A stretch of DNA of 64,000 bases from Candidatus Bathyarchaeia archaeon (GCA_050012255.1 JBEKHN010000001.1:256001-320000), one strand, 5' to 3'. Shown: positions 30,141 to 40,160, counted from the first letter of the stretch. Notes: generated from the sequence alone by a model not told the origin. Numbers and translations: made by a program.

Positions 30141-30453
30141 CGCGCGCCTTGCATTAAACTTGCTTGTTTCCGTTTGAACGTAAAGTACGCTTCTTAGACT
30201 AGAGCACGGGCCCTTTCCCCAGCACCATATGGCGTGCTGACACCATAGTGGCGATATCTCCCGCCAATCCCTCTTTTTTATACCACACGCACGCTCCACA
30301 TTAGCGCCCGCGACGACTTCAATAACTATAGACAGGTATGCCTAGCAGCTAAGCTATATAAGTGATGTTGAGAATATTGAGATGCACATTCCAGATCTAT
30401 TATTTTAGCGATAGATTTGTCGAGTGAAAAAAAGCAGAGTGGAAACAAGCTAG

Positions 30454-31143
30454 ATGGCTAAGCAGATTTGGAGAGCTAGAGGCAGGCCTCTTAACAGCAT
30501 GCCTTCATACAAAGATGGAAGGATTCTGGAGAACCTTGCCAGAATCGCGATGCAGCATAAGGTTGATTCGAGTGAATTCTTCAATCGCGTTGTCGAAGCT
30601 TGGAATCACGACGGGTCAGAATGTGCGCAGTTGGCTATAAAATGTCGTAAGAAGACGAAAAATTCAGCGATTTTTCTCTTTACCAACGGTCGGAAGCGCG
30701 CGCGGAAGGTTATAGCTCAATTTCCGATATCGATTGCCATCTTGCAAGGAAAGAATCAGCTCGAAAGCTACACAGAAACAATTTTGGCCAGAACTTCCTC
30801 AGTCAAGAATTTCGAGGGGGTAACCTCGAAGATTGGTAACTTGAAAGTCGGAATGAGAAAAGTCAGCCTGAAAGCAGAAGTGCTCGAGATTCCAGAATCT
30901 AAAATCGTCTACACGAGATATGGAACGACGGCTTGTATATCAAATGCACTTATCAAAGACGAAACTGGTTCAATGAAAATGAGTTTATGGAACCACCAGA
31001 TCAGCATGGTGCATAAGGGCGACGTAGTTGACATCAAAAATGGCAAAGTAACCTGGTTCAGCGGCGAAAGGCAGTTGCGACTGGGGAGAAGCGGAAGCTT
31101 AAGCGTCATCGAATGCGCGCGCACTATAAGAAGTGATTTTTAA
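30454..31143 (+). CDS. RPA/SSB OB-fold protein, paralogue 2
   Basis: IGNLKVGM..V.LKAEVLEIP, KDETGSMKMSLWN; similar to 27943-28587. Confidence 0.82.
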   Translation: MAKQIWRARGRPLNSMPSYKDGRILENLARIAMQHKVDSSEFFNRVVEAWNHDGSECAQLAIKCRKKTKNSAIFLFTNGRKRARKVIAQFPISIAILQGKNQLESYTETILARTSSVKNFEGVTSKIGNLKVGMRKVSLKAEVLEIPESKIVYTRYGTTACISNALIKDETGSMKMSLWNHQISMVHKGDVVDIKNGKVTWFSGERQLRLGRSGSLSVIECARTIRSDF

Positions 31144-31703
31144 TGCCGAAGACTAAAGCCATAGTACACATTCAAAACGTTGTTGCTTCTGCTACATTAG
31201 ACCAGAAGGTTGACTTGAACGCTGTGGTGAAGAGTTTCCCAGGAGTTGAGTATCGTCCAGAACAGTTCCCAGGACTTGTGTTTAGGCTTAAGAGACCGAA
31301 GACCGCCACGCTGATCTTCAACTCTGGAAAAATGGTGTGCACTGGAGCGAAATCGGAAAAAGAAGCGCGCAGGGCAGTTATGACAGTTGTTAAAGAGCTG
31401 AAAAGGAGTGGAATAATCATCATCAGCAAACCCGAGCTTAAAATTCAGAACATTGTTGCCTCCGTAAGCTTAGGCGGAAAGGTAGATTTGGAACAGGCAG
31501 TTGGCAAGCTTGGAAAAACCATGTATGAACCGGAGCAGTTTCCAGGATTGATCTACAGGATGGACGAGCCTAAGGTGGTCATACTGATATTCGCAAGCGG
31601 AAACCTTGTCTGCACCGGAGCGAAGAAAGAACAGGACGTTTACGACGCAGTGCAAAAGCTTCACGAAAGCTTAGAGGAACAAAACCTCATATTCTACGAA
31701 TAG
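31143..31703 (+). CDS. tbp: TATA-box-binding protein
   Basis: Two repeats IQN(V/I)VAS...Y.PEQFPGL...LIF.SG..VCTGAK. Confidence 0.97.
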   Translation: MPKTKAIVHIQNVVASATLDQKVDLNAVVKSFPGVEYRPEQFPGLVFRLKRPKTATLIFNSGKMVCTGAKSEKEARRAVMTVVKELKRSGIIIISKPELKIQNIVASVSLGGKVDLEQAVGKLGKTMYEPEQFPGLIYRMDEPKVVILIFASGNLVCTGAKKEQDVYDAVQKLHESLEEQNLIFYE

Positions 31704-31775
31704 AACTTCATACGTTAATGGCCTAGCGCACGCTAAGATCCTAAAACCCAAGAAAGGTCCATGTTGAAGCAGGAG

Positions 31776-31950
31776 TTACTTGAACGATCGATCGACTTCA
31801 AGGTTTGTTGGCATAAAATGAAGCCTAAATGATTTTGCAGCCTTCAACTTGGCTTGTTCGTACTCCTTCTCAACTCCATAGTAAAGTAGATTGGCCGCTT
31901 CTCTCGCAATTCTTTTTCTTGAACTGATAGAATCGACTGTCACGAATTCA
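31776..31950 (-). pseudogene. Truncated N-terminal fragment of an archaeal nucleotidyltransferase-type protein
   Basis: RKRIAREAANLLYYGVEKEY.QAKLKAA...PTNLEV, then a premature end; family call from memory. Confidence 0.5.
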
Positions 31951-31993
31951 CCGAAAAACTCCGGGATAGACGTCGGACTACCCCGCTCCAAGC

Positions 31994-33244
31994 TTAGCGT
32001 TTGATGATCTGTTCATAAAGCCCCAGTGTTTTTTCAGCTATCTTGTCCCACGTGAACTCGTTCAGGACTCTGCGTCTGCCGTTTTTGCCCAGCCACTTTC
32101 TTTTCTCATCGTTTTCCAAGACGCTGTTTATGCCCCAAGCTATGTCTGATGGGTTGCTTGGATCTATGTGATAACCGCACTGTTCTTCGCCGTAATACAC
32201 GACTATCTCCCGCATACCGCTGATGCCAGCTGCACCGATGACAACTGGTCGGCCCATACTCATTGCCTCCAGAACGACTATTCCGAAGGGTTCATAGAAG
32301 CTTGGGAAAACAGCGACATCGCAGGCTGCATAGTGAAGGATTCGTTCTTCCTCAGGTATGAATTCAAACCTGAGCTTCACGTAGTCACTCATTTTCGTGG
32401 CCTTGACCAAATTCATTAGGTATTCTTGCAAGTCGCCTAGACCCACAATTACAAGCTTCGTCTTTGGATTTTTCTGCAGAACGTGGGGTAACGCCATGAT
32501 AAGCTTGTCAACGCCTTTGACGCCACTGAGTCTGCCTATGAAAAGAATCATGTAGTCATCGTCTCTGATATCATACATCGCCCTGATTTTCTTGATCTGC
32601 TCAGATGTAACTGTTGCTGGATCGTATTTCTTTGGGTCGACCCCGTTGTAAGCAACTTGGATCTTTTCTTTCTGGCAGCCTAAGCCTACCAGCTCATCCT
32701 TCATCGCATAAGAAACTGTCACGACAAGGTCAGCCGCCCTGGTGGCGGCGAGTTCAATGTTGCTCACCGTAACCGAGCCCTTTCCAAGCGTTCTTCCTTT
32801 CTCTGTTGAGTGAACGTGGAACGCAAAAGGCAATCCTGCCTCTTTCTTAACAGCCATTCCCCCTATAGCTGAAAGCCAGTCATGAGCAACTACGAGGTCG
32901 TATTTGATACCTTCCTTTCTTATGAGTTCATTTACGAGTTTTGCAGCGCTCAGACAATTGTACACGAGCATTTTTGAGAACCACTGTATCCCACTACCCC
33001 ACTTCTTTATGTCTTCTGCAACTACGTCGGGCAACGAGTCAGAAATGTCAAGGTGCAGCGGCCGGTGGATTTCGATACCTCGCCAAATCTCACGCGTCGG
33101 TAGGCCATTTGCATCATCATTCATGGTGAAAACTGTAACGTCATTGTCCATGAGAACAAACTGGCGAGTTATTTCAGCCGAGTAGGTTCCCAAGCCACCG
33201 ACGATCGTTGGGGGATACTCGTAGACCAGAACAGCAAGCTTCAC
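31994..33244 (-). CDS. GT4 glycosyltransferase (glycogen-synthase-like)
   Basis: EYPP.IVGGLG, AHDW, HSTE, GRL..KG, PSFYEPFGIVVLEAM motifs. Confidence 0.9.
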   Translation of the reverse strand: MKLAVLVYEYPPTIVGGLGTYSAEITRQFVLMDNDVTVFTMNDDANGLPTREIWRGIEIHRPLHLDISDSLPDVVAEDIKKWGSGIQWFSKMLVYNCLSAAKLVNELIRKEGIKYDLVVAHDWLSAIGGMAVKKEAGLPFAFHVHSTEKGRTLGKGSVTVSNIELAATRAADLVVTVSYAMKDELVGLGCQKEKIQVAYNGVDPKKYDPATVTSEQIKKIRAMYDIRDDDYMILFIGRLSGVKGVDKLIMALPHVLQKNPKTKLVIVGLGDLQEYLMNLVKATKMSDYVKLRFEFIPEEERILHYAACDVAVFPSFYEPFGIVVLEAMSMGRPVVIGAAGISGMREIVVYYGEEQCGYHIDPSNPSDIAWGINSVLENDEKRKWLGKNGRRRVLNEFTWDKIAEKTLGLYEQIIKR

Positions 33245-33316
33245 TGTTTCTCATCGTTGCCCGTTTCTTAATAGTCCCTTACTGATTATCACGCGCGCGT
33301 GTTTCGCAAGGTTTTC

Positions 33317-33604
33317 CTACTCTTTTGCGAGGGTTATTTCCATTGTTGAAACCATCCGTGCTCTGTTTTCGCCTTCTCTTGCTGGCATCTCCTCCGTTCC
33401 GATAGCGATTTTGCTCACTTTTAGGTCTTTTAGGAAGCGATTTCTGGTTATTTCAGCTACGTCAACAGCTGTAGTGATCGCTTGTCCTCTTGCTTTCAAA
33501 ACTACTTCCTTAGCATCGCCAGCCGATAGTCTTGTCATGACTGCCAGAACATAGTCCATTGGTGGTTTACTTCCAATGAAAACAATTGCCGATTTTTCCG
33601 ACAT
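33317..33604 (-). CDS. albA: DNA/RNA-binding protein Alba
   Basis: [34 protein letters not shown] motifs. Confidence 0.95.
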   Translation of the reverse strand: MSEKSAIVFIGSKPPMDYVLAVMTRLSAGDAKEVVLKARGQAITTAVDVAEITRNRFLKDLKVSKIAIGTEEMPAREGENRARMVSTMEITLAKE

Positions 33605-33861
33605 TTCAAATCACTCCTTTCATCATTAATTGTAACGTGCAACGTTGTTGTGTTCTTCCGGTCTCTCAACAACAGAACGCTGTTGCCCTTATACTACGCA
33701 TACTTCCTTATAAAGCGAAAAGACAACAGAGTAGCCTAAGGATATTTTCACAGCTCCCAAATCCTAGATTCCGGCCTTAGACGCAGCATTCACTTCGCAT
33801 TTAGGTGAAAGTTATAATCCTTGTTTGTTGTTACTATTTGATTCTAGGAAGGAAGATTTGT

Positions 33862-34011
33862 TTGAAACGATCGAGGAAAAAGCAGGCGAAAAGAGAACGA
33901 TTGTTGAAAAGAATGAAAAGTCGAGGGAAATGGAAACATGGAAAGAGTAACGTTAAGAAAGTAAGGAGACTTGAAGAAGCGCAGGCTCGTCTAGCCAATG
34001 CGTCTCCATAG
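33862..34011 (+). CDS. Small very basic protein (49 aa)
   Basis: MKRSRKKQAKRERLLKRMKSRGKWKHGK...; divergent from alba. Confidence 0.5.
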   Translation: MKRSRKKQAKRERLLKRMKSRGKWKHGKSNVKKVRRLEEAQARLANASP

Positions 34012-34247
34012 GTGAAGGCGTCCGTAGCTTACGAAACATGCTTATTCTTTACTAGTTCCTTTCTCTTCGCTTGAACAAAGGAATTATGACATAGTCTGAA
34101 CGCCTAGTCCAGCGTTTTTCGTGATGTTTCTAAGGTCTATCTACGTAGAATAAGGCATTATAGCTATTGCTTTCTCAGCCTTCCTAATATTGGGTGGACA
34201 TCGCCATTGCGCCCTTCCTTCTATGAGGTTGACCCAGCAATTAAATG

Positions 34248-34451
34248 GCGCGCATACTTGTTCCTAAATTCCGTTCACGAGGGGTGCATGGCGTTTTCCG
34301 ATGGTCGATGGTCACTGTCACGGTTCAGCTGGGTGCTTGCGTGCTCACACCCTCCCCCCTCAGGGTATTCTACATGACCCAAATATGGTTGAAGAGCAAA
34401 ATGAGGAGCACAAGCCACTTCCCAAAAGAATTCAGGAACACGCTAGCGCGC
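34248..34451. mobile_element. MITE-like element A, copy 2 (inverted relative to copy 1)
   Basis: Reverse complement aligns with 25561-25765 end to end, including an identical core GTGCTTGCGTGCTCACACCCTCCCCCCTCAGGGTATTCTACATGACCCAAATATGGTTGAAGAGCA. Confidence 0.85.
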
Positions 34452-34616
34452 GGAAGAAGCGCGAAGAAACTGAAGAGAACGCAAAAAAGCGACTTTTAGC
34501 CTCTCATCCTTATAAGCTGGGCTGATAATGTATATTGCAAGAAAGGCGTGCTAACTAACTTATCGCAACATCATTTGCCGTAGGACTAGCTTGCTTTTTC
34601 TGAAGGGTATTACAAC

Positions 34617-34916
34617 ATGTTAAATGTGGGGAAGGTATCTAACGGAAACCGCAGCAGATTACAGATCATAACGGAGATTCTGAGGCAGCTGCGAATACCG
34701 GGAGGAAAGGCGAACATCATGTCCCATTGTAACATGAGCACCGCACAATCAGGGCAATACTTGAATCTTATGACGTCAAGTAGTCTCATTCGGATGGGTG
34801 CTGATGCAGGAAAAGTGACGTACCAGAGAACAGAAGCTGGCCTAGAGTTTCTAGAATTATACAAGAAGATGGCTCTGCTACTTGATACTGGCATTTCTTC
34901 ACCTTTTCTAGTTTAG
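34617..34916 (+). CDS. Archaeal winged-helix transcriptional regulator
   Basis: NRSRLQIITEIL...KANIM..CNMS...YL..M...LI...Y.RTEAG.EFL pattern. Confidence 0.8.
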   Translation: MLNVGKVSNGNRSRLQIITEILRQLRIPGGKANIMSHCNMSTAQSGQYLNLMTSSSLIRMGADAGKVTYQRTEAGLEFLELYKKMALLLDTGISSPFLV

Positions 34917-34944
34917 CCAAGACGGAGGAAATAATCAAGGAGAG

Positions 34945-35127
34945 GTGATGTTGTTGCTGAATATTAGGGATGTCAGGAAGTGCAGGAACTCTTTGGAGCT
35001 AAACGACTTCATCGAGAAGTACATTGCCGAGGGGAACTCGCAAAACGAGAGTGTCGACAGTACATACTGGAGTCTGTTCGAAGAATGGAAAAGGACTCTG
35101 AAGAAGAAGCCCACGAGCATGCTTTAA
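34945..35127 (+). CDS. Small hypothetical protein
   Basis: 60-aa ORF with GGAGAGGTG RBS; stop abuts CGCGCGC. Confidence 0.5.
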   Translation: MMLLLNIRDVRKCRNSLELNDFIEKYIAEGNSQNESVDSTYWSLFEEWKRTLKKKPTSML

Positions 35128-35398
35128 CGCGCGCTTAATGAAGGGCAACTGCCTATTTTTAGGCGTCGATCTGCAAGCGCTTCTTACACTTGGCCGGGAT
35201 TCGAATGAAGAAGAGTGAAGAGAAAATCAGTAATTGGGCGTTCACCTCGCACGCATTGGGAATCACAGAGGAATGCTCGAAGAAAGCCTGAAGAAATTCA
35301 GGTCATTAGAGGATATATCCAATGAGCAGAGAAGGAAAGATGCAAGTCTACCCCCTCTACTTGTACCGATATGAGTAGCGGGCAGATATTGAAACGCA

Positions 35399-35626
35399 TT
35401 ATCCGAGCAGGACTTCCAATATCAATTTGTGACGCAAGACCTTAGCAAGGTCTGCTTGTTCTATAGCATCCTCCAAAGCATCAAGTTCTCTTTGCACAGA
35501 CTTTCTCATTTCTTCGCTAATTCTTTGATTGATCTCTTTCATTCGTTTCTGATAAAGTTCGTCCGCCTCTCCTCTAAGTCTCCAATAACGCTCCAGCAAA
35601 GATTCCTTTTTGGTTTGTTCCATCAT
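35399..35626 (-). CDS. Small coiled-coil hypothetical protein
   Basis: 75-aa helical charged ORF with AGGTG RBS. Confidence 0.55.
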   Translation of the reverse strand: MMEQTKKESLLERYWRLRGEADELYQKRMKEINQRISEEMRKSVQRELDALEDAIEQADLAKVLRHKLILEVLLG

Positions 35627-36117
35627 TCACACCTTTCTCATCTGTTTTTGTTTGTTACTTGGGTTGCCTCAGTTCATTGATTGTATCAACAGGCATTAAT
35701 AGTTTAAGCACCCACGAGAAAAGAAGACAAGCGTCTTTGTTCTCAAGTGAGAAGAAGGCAGTTACATGGGTTACACAAGAGGAAAAACAAGAGAAGAAGA
35801 TCTTAAAAAACCTAAGCCTCAGAAAAAGAAGGAGAGAGAAGAGAAGCGGAAGAAGAAAAAACTTGCCCGGGTCGAAAGACAACAGTCCAGATAGGCTCGT
35901 CTAGAGCACAAGCAAGAGAAACTTTCTGTTCGCACAGCACGCGCACATGGCGTGAGTCTGTTTCTCACCCAGCGATTGTCTTCTTTTCAGCGCTCGTTTT
36001 CGCACATAACGAGTTTACACAGGTTCTAGGCTATGCCATAAAGACTCACACAAGAGTTTACACATGCAAATGATTTATATCCGACTTTCCTAAACTCTTT
36101 CCTCCGAGAGTGCAAAT

Positions 36118-36435
36118 ATGCCAATATTTTTGATAATTTCCAGGCATTCCGCAGAGAACTGTCCGCTGAACAATGAGAAAATGAAGAAAATGACGTTAGA
36201 ATTGCCAGCCAAATTGGGCGGACTGGAGAAGAAACATGGAGTGAAGAGGATTGGAGCATGGACTGTTGTTCCGGAACATCTGCTGATTTGGGTCTATGAA
36301 GCCCAAAGCTCAGACGCTCTGCAAAAATTCTCACTGGAACCAGAAATCGTTAAATGGATGGCTTGGAACACGAGCGAAATCAAACTAGCAATGAGTCTCG
36401 AAGAAAGCCTGAAATTACTAAAACAAGCCAAATGA
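36118..36435 (+). CDS. Small conserved hypothetical protein (DUF3303/GYD-like)
   Basis: FLIISRHSAENCP...KKHGVK..GAW.V.PEH....VYEA pattern. Confidence 0.65.
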   Translation: MPIFLIISRHSAENCPLNNEKMKKMTLELPAKLGGLEKKHGVKRIGAWTVVPEHLLIWVYEAQSSDALQKFSLEPEIVKWMAWNTSEIKLAMSLEESLKLLKQAK

Positions 36436-36493
36436 AATCCCAACTTTTTTTCTCTGATTTTGCACCGGTCATTCAGCCAGCGTACGCTCGTAA

Positions 36494-36775
36494 TTAATCT
36501 CTGTGTTCGTGGGATTCCTCTTCAGACTCTTCTTCATTTTCTTCTTCTTCCTCAGCAGCTTCTTCTCCCACGGCTCTTGCTTCTTCTTCAACTTTTCCTT
36601 CTGCAGGATAAGCCTCATCTAACCAAATCCTGAACTGTTCTTTGCTCTCAGGATCGGAAAAGGCCCACTCACACAGTTGACTGACGACGGCGTTGAGATC
36701 GATGTCATGATCGTCTGCCAAATTCTTCAGAAACTGTTCCCACTTTGCAGGCAAAGATACCGGAGGCCCAACCAT
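36494..36775 (-). CDS. Hypothetical protein with acidic tail
   Basis: 93-aa ORF with Glu-rich C-terminus. Confidence 0.65.
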   Translation of the reverse strand: MVGPPVSLPAKWEQFLKNLADDHDIDLNAVVSQLCEWAFSDPESKEQFRIWLDEAYPAEGKVEEEARAVGEEAAEEEEENEEESEEESHEHRD

Positions 36776-36874
36776 CTTACTCTTTCACCATCACCTTTTA
36801 TGATTCAAGCCATATTTAAGCTTCAGACGTACTTGTTGCCCGAAACGTGCCAGCAATTAAGCACGCGCTTCAAG

Positions 36875-37505
36875 CTAGCGAGCGTTTTCGTAGAAAGAAT
36901 CAGGCATTGACCTTGACCATGCGTTCGGATTTTTGTAATTGACTGCTGGCGCCATATCTTCCGTCTGCTTTTCTTCTCCGGCAAAGATTTTTTTCATTTT
37001 TGACGAGTTCTCTGTGAGTCTCCTCATCTCTGATGATGGTTTCAAGAATGCCCTTTAGGTCTTCTAAGTCCACATTGTAGGTCTCGCGGATTTCTCTTGT
37101 CGTGTATTGAAGGGTCTTCAGCTGAATCAGAATATAATACTCTTCGCCAACAGTGCTCTCTAGGAGCATCAGCTTTTCAACCAACGATGACATGTGCTCT
37201 CTGGGTATTCTCTCCTTTCTGGAGATCTCTCCTGCAAGACGCTCAATTGCCGTCCAGGTTCCGCCAAAGAAGAGTTTCTTTTCGCAACCTCTGGGTTGCT
37301 TTTTTTGCTTAACTATGCTTTCGCTTATTCCTTTGAGGATTATGGAATGTTTCCGACTATCGAATGCTATGTGAAGCAGCAAGGAATTGATTAGCGGGAG
37401 ATTCACTTTGTCGGCAAGACTCTTGTAAAGTAGGTATGCCCTTTCTTCCAAAATGCTAGCGCAGCGCAGAAAGTCTGCAACGCTTTCCTGTTTGAGCTTT
37501 GTCAT
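36875..37505 (-). pseudogene. Ferritin-like/rubrerythrin-family gene with a frameshift near the 3' end
   Basis: EERAY..Y, DSRKH and DEETH ligand pattern; the alternate frame from about 37003 gives a plausible tail SKMKKIF...YKNPNAW...ENAR*. Confidence 0.65.
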
Positions 37506-37598
37506 CCATAGACTCCCTTCTGACTAAGGTAATCGCAAAATGATAAACAATTTATGAATCCGAAATCTAGACGCACACTAAAGGAAAGAGACTGGATT

Positions 37599-37751
37599 CT
37601 ATCTTTGTTCTTTTACCAACAACAGTCTCTTCGCGATCTCTTTAGAGATCTTTTCGAGACCCTCAGCTAATTCTGCACGGGTAACCTCGTCTAGTGGATA
37701 CACTTTCCCATTCTTATCGATGAATGCAAGTTCCAACTTCCTTTTTTCCAC
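37599..37751 (-). CDS. Small hypothetical protein (50 aa)
   Basis: MEKRKLELAFIDKNGKVYPLDEVTRAEL...; GGAGGTGA RBS. Confidence 0.55.
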   Translation of the reverse strand: MEKRKLELAFIDKNGKVYPLDEVTRAELAEGLEKISKEIAKRLLLVKEQR

Positions 37752-37840
37752 CGTTTCACCTCCTTCACACTCTATCATCTGCTACGGCGCGCGCTAACCT
37801 AAGAATGACAAGTTTCAATCCGCCACGTAGATCTAGTTTT

Positions 37841-38122
37841 TCAGTAGTTGCCGCGAGCGCGAGCGAGTTTGTATTTTCTATCTGACTCATCTGACTCTTG
37901 CTTGATCTTTCTATCTGACTCCTCGATCGCTCGATCGCGATCGAGCGACGCTTGCTTGATATAGTTGTGTTCGCTCAGGTAGGCCGTCACGATTGATCTG
38001 ACTATTTCTGCGTCTTTTGTTCCAAAGCCTTTCAACGACTGGATAATCTTCACTTGGTCTTCATCGAAGGTCACAAGAACCCGTTTACGCGAGCGTGCAC
38101 TTTGACTAATCACATTTGTCAT
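37841..38122 (-). CDS. CopG/ribbon-helix-helix-like regulator
   Basis: KRVLVTFDEDQ..II..LKGFG..DAEIVR.IV.AYL. Confidence 0.65.
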   Translation of the reverse strand: MTNVISQSARSRKRVLVTFDEDQVKIIQSLKGFGTKDAEIVRSIVTAYLSEHNYIKQASLDRDRAIEESDRKIKQESDESDRKYKLARARGNY

Positions 38123-38127
38123 ATTCT

Positions 38128-38285
38128 TTAATCTTCATGCTCTGTCATATACTCTTTGAGAGCCCTGGCTGCTTCCTCGCTTACTTTCCGACTTGATCCG
38201 TGCTTCTGAACAACAAAGAGGAACATTGTTTCCAGGTGTCTTCGCCCATGTTTAGGCTGATCTCCTTTTTCGGCATGTCCGTCAT
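38128..38285 (-). pseudogene. Frameshifted small RHH-like gene
   Basis: MTDMPKKEISLNMGEDTWKQ and FVVQKHGSSRKVSEEAARALKEYM lie in two different frames. Confidence 0.4.
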
Positions 38286-38359
38286 GCTTACCGTCACACA
38301 TTTATAAGTTTGCTCTCAGTGCGCGAAAATCTTAAAAACAGGCAAACGGAGTTATCTGT

Positions 38360-38713
38360 ATGGTCAAACTAGTTCCTGTTGTCTGCCCACAATGTGGTGC
38401 TGACCTCCAGATTCCTGGTCATCTCAAGAAGGCATACTGCACCTATTGTGGGGCACAAATAGTATTTGAGAAGGAAGTGGAGAAGACCAGACTGTGTCCA
38501 GAATGCGGAGGTACAGGAAAATGCCTGCCTCGCGCGACATCTGGAAAAATGGTGCCCACATGTCACGGAACGGGTAGATGCGCCGCTTGTGAAGGAACTG
38601 GAAAAATAGGGAACTTGCCGTGTGACCTATGCAAAGGGAGCGGAAAATGTTCGAGCTGCGGCGGGACAGGAAAATGCTCAAAATGTGGAGGCTCTGGTCG
38701 AGTAGTATCTTGA
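38360..38713 (+). CDS. Zinc-ribbon plus DnaJ-type CxxCxGxG repeat protein
   Basis: CPQCG..CTYCG, then several CxxCxGxG repeats. Confidence 0.8.
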   Translation: MVKLVPVVCPQCGADLQIPGHLKKAYCTYCGAQIVFEKEVEKTRLCPECGGTGKCLPRATSGKMVPTCHGTGRCAACEGTGKIGNLPCDLCKGSGKCSSCGGTGKCSKCGGSGRVVS

Positions 38714-38847
38714 CGCCCCGAGCACGCGCCCCAACTAGCCGATTTCTTTAAGACTGCGCTTTCTCAAGAACTATTGTTTTGCATTAGTAGACTAATGTAG
38801 AACCTGTTAAATCCTTGGAAGATAGCCAATGTACGGAAGGCGAAATC

Positions 38848-39027
38848 ATGGGCGATCACCGATGCGAGAATTGCGGGAAGATGTTCTACACCCGGTATGT
38901 GCAATACATAGGCAAGTGCTTATGTCCAGAATGTAGGCGCAAATCGGGAGCAGCCAAAAAAGAAAAGGAATACGGAGAGGCAAAAGAATACTGGGAAGCG
39001 AGGAAAAAGGAAGTGCGGGACTTTTGA
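38848..39027 (+). CDS. Small zinc-finger protein
   Basis: CENCG...CPEC. Confidence 0.55.
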   Translation: MGDHRCENCGKMFYTRYVQYIGKCLCPECRRKSGAAKKEKEYGEAKEYWEARKKEVRDF

Positions 39028-39187
39028 TTGCTTCTTTTGGCACAGGAGGGAGGAACGCAAGGGTAGCTACGACTAGACTTTTCCGAGCAGTTTCTGTTGA
39101 TAATCTCTCCATTGAGTCTTAGCATAGTTGACTCATGTAGAATGACTTAAAAACGCGGAACAGATACTGATAATAGGGTTGTAAACT

Positions 39188-39373
39188 ATGGTTCGGTGCT
39201 CATGTGGAACAGATAACTTGGAGAAGAAATTCTGCACGGACTGTGGTAAGCAATTACTGTATGATTGCGGAAAATGCAAGAAACTTGTAGCTATAACGGA
39301 GAAATTCTGCGGAACATGCGGGACTGAGAACCCTCATTATGACGCTAAGGCATATAGCACACGGCCGCGCTAA
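39188..39373 (+). CDS. Double zinc-ribbon protein
   Basis: CSCG..N...KFCTDCG...CGKC...KFCGTCG. Confidence 0.8.
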   Translation: MVRCSCGTDNLEKKFCTDCGKQLLYDCGKCKKLVAITEKFCGTCGTENPHYDAKAYSTRPR

Positions 39374-39600
39374 GCAGATTCTCTCTTTTTGCGTTATTGC
39401 CCCACCCAAGCAGCTTTTCTTGGTAGTCTCGCCATTGCGTTTTTACGTAAGGCCCTAGACTTTCTATATCGCTAGCCCCCACGAAGGTCAATCGATGTTG
39501 ACCCCCACTGCTAGATTAACTCAAGACATCGTGGCTATAGTATGTCTGCGTCCTGAAAGCGAAATTTCAACTGATTCGTTGCTTAATAACCTTAAAGGAA

Positions 39601-39865
39601 TCATGACCTATCCAATCGAGACATTGGAACCGACAAAGTTGTTGCGGAAAAAGCTGTTGTTGAAGGACCCAATCCCCTCATACACTCTCCATAGTTCAAC
39701 ATCGAAGTGGAAGTTGCTGAGATAGTTCTTGTGTATAGTATTGTTGGAAGAATCATAGAACCCATTGCCGATACTATTATCCTCGATTGTGTTTCTTTCA
39801 ATCTTGTTGTTTGTGACTCCTGCGAGACGAAACCCAATAGTGTTATTTTGGTTTTCTGAAAAGCA
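39601..39865 (-). pseudogene. Degraded NosD/parallel beta-helix fragment
   Basis: Hand frame NNTIGFRLAGVTNNKIERNTIEDNSIG.GFYDSSNNTIHKN; no intact start. Confidence 0.5.
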
Positions 39866-40160
39866 TCACATTATCGTCAATGAAAAAACCTTTCCATTTA
39901 ACGTCACACTTTTTGCGGGGAACCTTCAACCCTGCGATCGCGCCTTCTCCTGCAAAGAGACAAAAGCACCCTAATAACAGTAGCACGCGCGCAGTGACTA
40001 CGAGTGAAACATACGAGGTCAAACTGGCATTAAACATAAAAGAAATAACTAAAATGCTACGACAAACCAAATGGGCTTACATCTGGGCAAAAAACTCAAA
40101 ATCCCTCTTTTTCTCTTCATCGATGAGCATCAACATTTGTGATGGCGTGAATTGAGTAGC

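Noticed and set aside
35191-35205. GGCCGGGATTCGAA, whose reverse complement resembles a tRNA T-arm or att remnant
   Set aside because: Only about 14 nt, with no cloverleaf and no second copy in the window
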